Shown: positions 61,818 through 64,000 of the stretch, in pieces
Layout of the letters: each line of letters begins with the position of its first letter
How positions within the stretch are numbered: the stretch's first letter is position 1
NCBI GenBank assembly: GCA_963719035.1
Contig: CAVRAO010000006.1
Location: 128,001-192,000 of the forward strand
Length of the DNA: 64,000 nucleotides
Source of the DNA: Methanobacteriota archaeon
Lineage (GTDB): Archaea > Halobacteriota > Bog-38 > Methanoflorentales > Methanoflorentaceae
Direction of reading: 5' to 3'
The notes under the pieces: generated by a model
Seen by the model: only the letters and a program-made list of their open reading frames with translations
Told to the model about the DNA's origin: nothing
Databases searched by the model: none
Program-made: the position numbers and the translations under genes

Positions 61818-63008
61818 GTGGATATTCTTTCAATAACCGTTCATTACGGCTTGTCTAAGCCTTCAAGCGGCGGGCAGAACAGGTACTCTCACATCATTCA
61901 AGAGCTTAGCAGGCGCGGAAACAACGTGATAGTGCTCGAGCCTCAAATCTTTTTTGATGCCAGCGACGTGGAATGCGCCAAGATCTATACATATCCAAAA
62001 TACTCAATATTCGGAAGAAGTTTGAACCTCCTTAAGGACTTAGATATCTGGTTCCTTATCAAACTAATAAAGATTTTTCGACGCGAGCACATCGACTTGA
62101 TTACTATTGACAGTCCTTACGGCGCTTTGGCAGTTAGACTCGCAGGTAAACTAACCAAGAATGAAGCGCCAATCATCTACAGTTCTCACAACGTCGAATC
62201 TAGATTCACGAGCGAAGTTACGCCGCAATTTACGCAATTATCGCATCTAGAACGAAAAATAATACCTCAGTATGTAACCGCAGTAGAGAGACTGACTACG
62301 AGACACTTAGTGAACCACCTAACTGCAGTGAGTGATGCAGACGCAAGACTGTTTCGCAGAAAATATGGCCTCAGCAAAGACAAGATAACCGTGATTCCCA
62401 GCGGTTGTCAAATTAAGCCCCAACTTGAGAAGCAAGCAAAAAAGCGCCTGAGGGCGGAAATGGGCTTGGATCCTGATTCTGTAATCGTTGTGTTTCACGG
62501 CACCTATTCTTTCCCACCAAACAAAGAGGCGATCGAAACGATCATCGACGGCGTAGCGCCTGAGTTTGAAAATGACGAATCAGTCTTATTTGTGCTATAT
62601 GGAAGTGACGTTCCCAAATTTGAGCGAGCTAACGTGAGGTCTTTCGGTTTTGTTGAAGACTTACACCAAGCCGTTTCTATAGCGGATATCGCATTGGTGC
62701 CCTTGAGAAGTGGGAGTGGCACAAAGCTAAAACTGTTCGATTACATGAATGCGGGCTTACCTATAATCACGACATGGAAAGGTATTGAAGGGGTACGAGT
62801 TAACGAAAATGAACACGTTATTATCGTCGACACTATAGACAGAGAGATGGTAGAGTCCATCAAGTACCTCGTGCAAAACCCTCAAGAACGCGAGAGGCTT
62901 GGGTTGAACGCTCGGAGACTTGCTGAGGACGAATATAGCTGGGGTGTTATCGGAGATAAATTGGATAGCACCTATCGAGGGGTCGAAAAACAAAGAGCTC
63001 GTAGATAG
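61818..63008 (+). CDS. Glycosyltransferase family 4
   Basis: SGGQNR, HNVE, PN.EA, GSGTKLKLFDYM. Confidence 0.92.
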   Translation: MDILSITVHYGLSKPSSGGQNRYSHIIQELSRRGNNVIVLEPQIFFDASDVECAKIYTYPKYSIFGRSLNLLKDLDIWFLIKLIKIFRREHIDLITIDSPYGALAVRLAGKLTKNEAPIIYSSHNVESRFTSEVTPQFTQLSHLERKIIPQYVTAVERLTTRHLVNHLTAVSDADARLFRRKYGLSKDKITVIPSGCQIKPQLEKQAKKRLRAEMGLDPDSVIVVFHGTYSFPPNKEAIETIIDGVAPEFENDESVLFVLYGSDVPKFERANVRSFGFVEDLHQAVSIADIALVPLRSGSGTKLKLFDYMNAGLPIITTWKGIEGVRVNENEHVIIVDTIDREMVESIKYLVQNPQERERLGLNARRLAEDEYSWGVIGDKLDSTYRGVEKQRARR

Positions 63009-63085
63009 AGGAATAGTTAATGAAAAAGCCAGCTCGCGGTCGCTTTTCACCGTGGCTGTCAGTTTTTGTTTCTATAATTACAACG

Positions 63086-64000
63086 TCACGTTCTGCCGAT
63101 TATGCTCTTAATGACGTCAACGTCTTGCTTCGTGAAGGTTCTAAGTGCGATTAGAGTGGCGAAGTACACCCACACAACGACGCCGAATATGATGAAGATG
63201 TTGATTGGCCTGAGATAATACGCTACGACTGCTACCACCAATGACCCGACCAGCGGTTTGAGCACGACCCGCTGCACCTGAATGAAGCACAGACTCTTCG
63301 AAGCGTAGTAGAAGCAGATAGAAAACGTGGTGAGCTCAGTTGCTACCATGACGTAGCTTGCGCCAATGTAGCTGAACGCGGGGATGACAAGAAGATTGAG
63401 AACGATATTCACCACCACACCTAATCCGGTGGCATACATCACTACACGCTGCAAATTTATCGACGTCAGCGTTGTTGTAAGCACGAAATTAAGAAACAGA
63501 ATAGAGACTGACCAGATGACGACTTGCAGCACGACGGCCGAGTTATAGAACTGGCCGCCATAAACGATGTCGATGACCTTGTCTGCGAGCACCGTCGTGC
63601 CGAATGCGAGCGGAAGCCCGAGGATGAGCATGTAACGGAACGACTCGTTGTACACGATCTTTGTGAGGTCCCGCGAAGAGACGTGGAGCGTAGACATGAC
63701 AGGGAAGAGCGCTCCCATGAACGCCGCTGGCACAAACGTCAATGAAAACGCCATGGTATACGCGGCGTTGAACCATCCAGTCGCAGCATCTCCCTGAATA
63801 AACGACAGAAGCAGCGTACTTATCTTATAATAGATAAGTGTGAAGAACACAATCAGTCCAAAGGAAGGGGCCTCACTAAGCAAATACGTCAAGAAACGCC
63901 GCTTGAGCCTAAACTTCGGACGCGCAAACCGTACTGAGGCGAGCGCGAGACTTGCCGTTAAGTTGATCAGGCTCCCGACGACGAACGCGAGGGCAAGTGC
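63086..64000 (-). CDS. Oligosaccharide flippase (Wzx-like), 5' end outside the window
   Basis: GWFNAAY, ALFPVMS, LADKVI..VYG, multiple TM helices; paralog of 6802-8247. Confidence 0.88.
   Translation of the reverse strand, partial: ALALAFVVGSLINLTASLALASVRFARPKFRLKRRFLTYLLSEAPSFGLIVFFTLIYYKISTLLLSFIQGDAATGWFNAAYTMAFSLTFVPAAFMGALFPVMSTLHVSSRDLTKIVYNESFRYMLILGLPLAFGTTVLADKVIDIVYGGQFYNSAVVLQVVIWSVSILFLNFVLTTTLTSINLQRVVMYATGLGVVVNIVLNLLVIPAFSYIGASYVMVATELTTFSICFYYASKSLCFIQVQRVVLKPLVGSLVVAVVAYYLRPINIFIIFGVVVWVYFATLIALRTFTKQDVDVIKSIIGRT

Overview
Archaeal chromosomal segment, most consistent with a Halobacteriota/Methanomicrobia-like euryarchaeote (PolD DP1, RadA/RadB, multi-OB RPA, Hel308-Cgi121, Cdc48, CofE, PGF-CTERM proteins, DapL lysine pathway, BHB-intron tRNA). 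The taxonomy is inferred from gene content only. It is mostly housekeeping: lysine (dapA, dapB, dapL, dapF, lysA), leucine (leuCDB), thiamine/cobamide (thiDN, a ThiC-family gene that looks BzaF-like), DNA repair, two glycosyltransferase/flippase clusters and a CadC/CadA metal-efflux unit. No transposase, integrase, CRISPR array or rRNA was recognised. Reading the raw sequence adds features the ORF track misses: ribosomal protein eS17, two CxxC..CxxC zinc-finger microproteins, two tRNAs (one with a 62-nt BHB intron), a C/D-box sRNA whose guide matches archaeal 23S helix 69, and a candidate two-hairpin ncRNA. Two signals stand out. (1) Three conserved genes have no canonical start at the expected position; near-cognate codons (ACG, ATT, GTA) sit there behind strong SD motifs, suggesting relaxed start-codon selection. 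(2) A tandem fasciclin/PGF-CTERM surface-protein array carries six near-identical anchor cassettes, two of them orphans abutting promoters. Several apparent +1 frameshifts may be assembly errors. All family calls come from motif recognition, not database searches.
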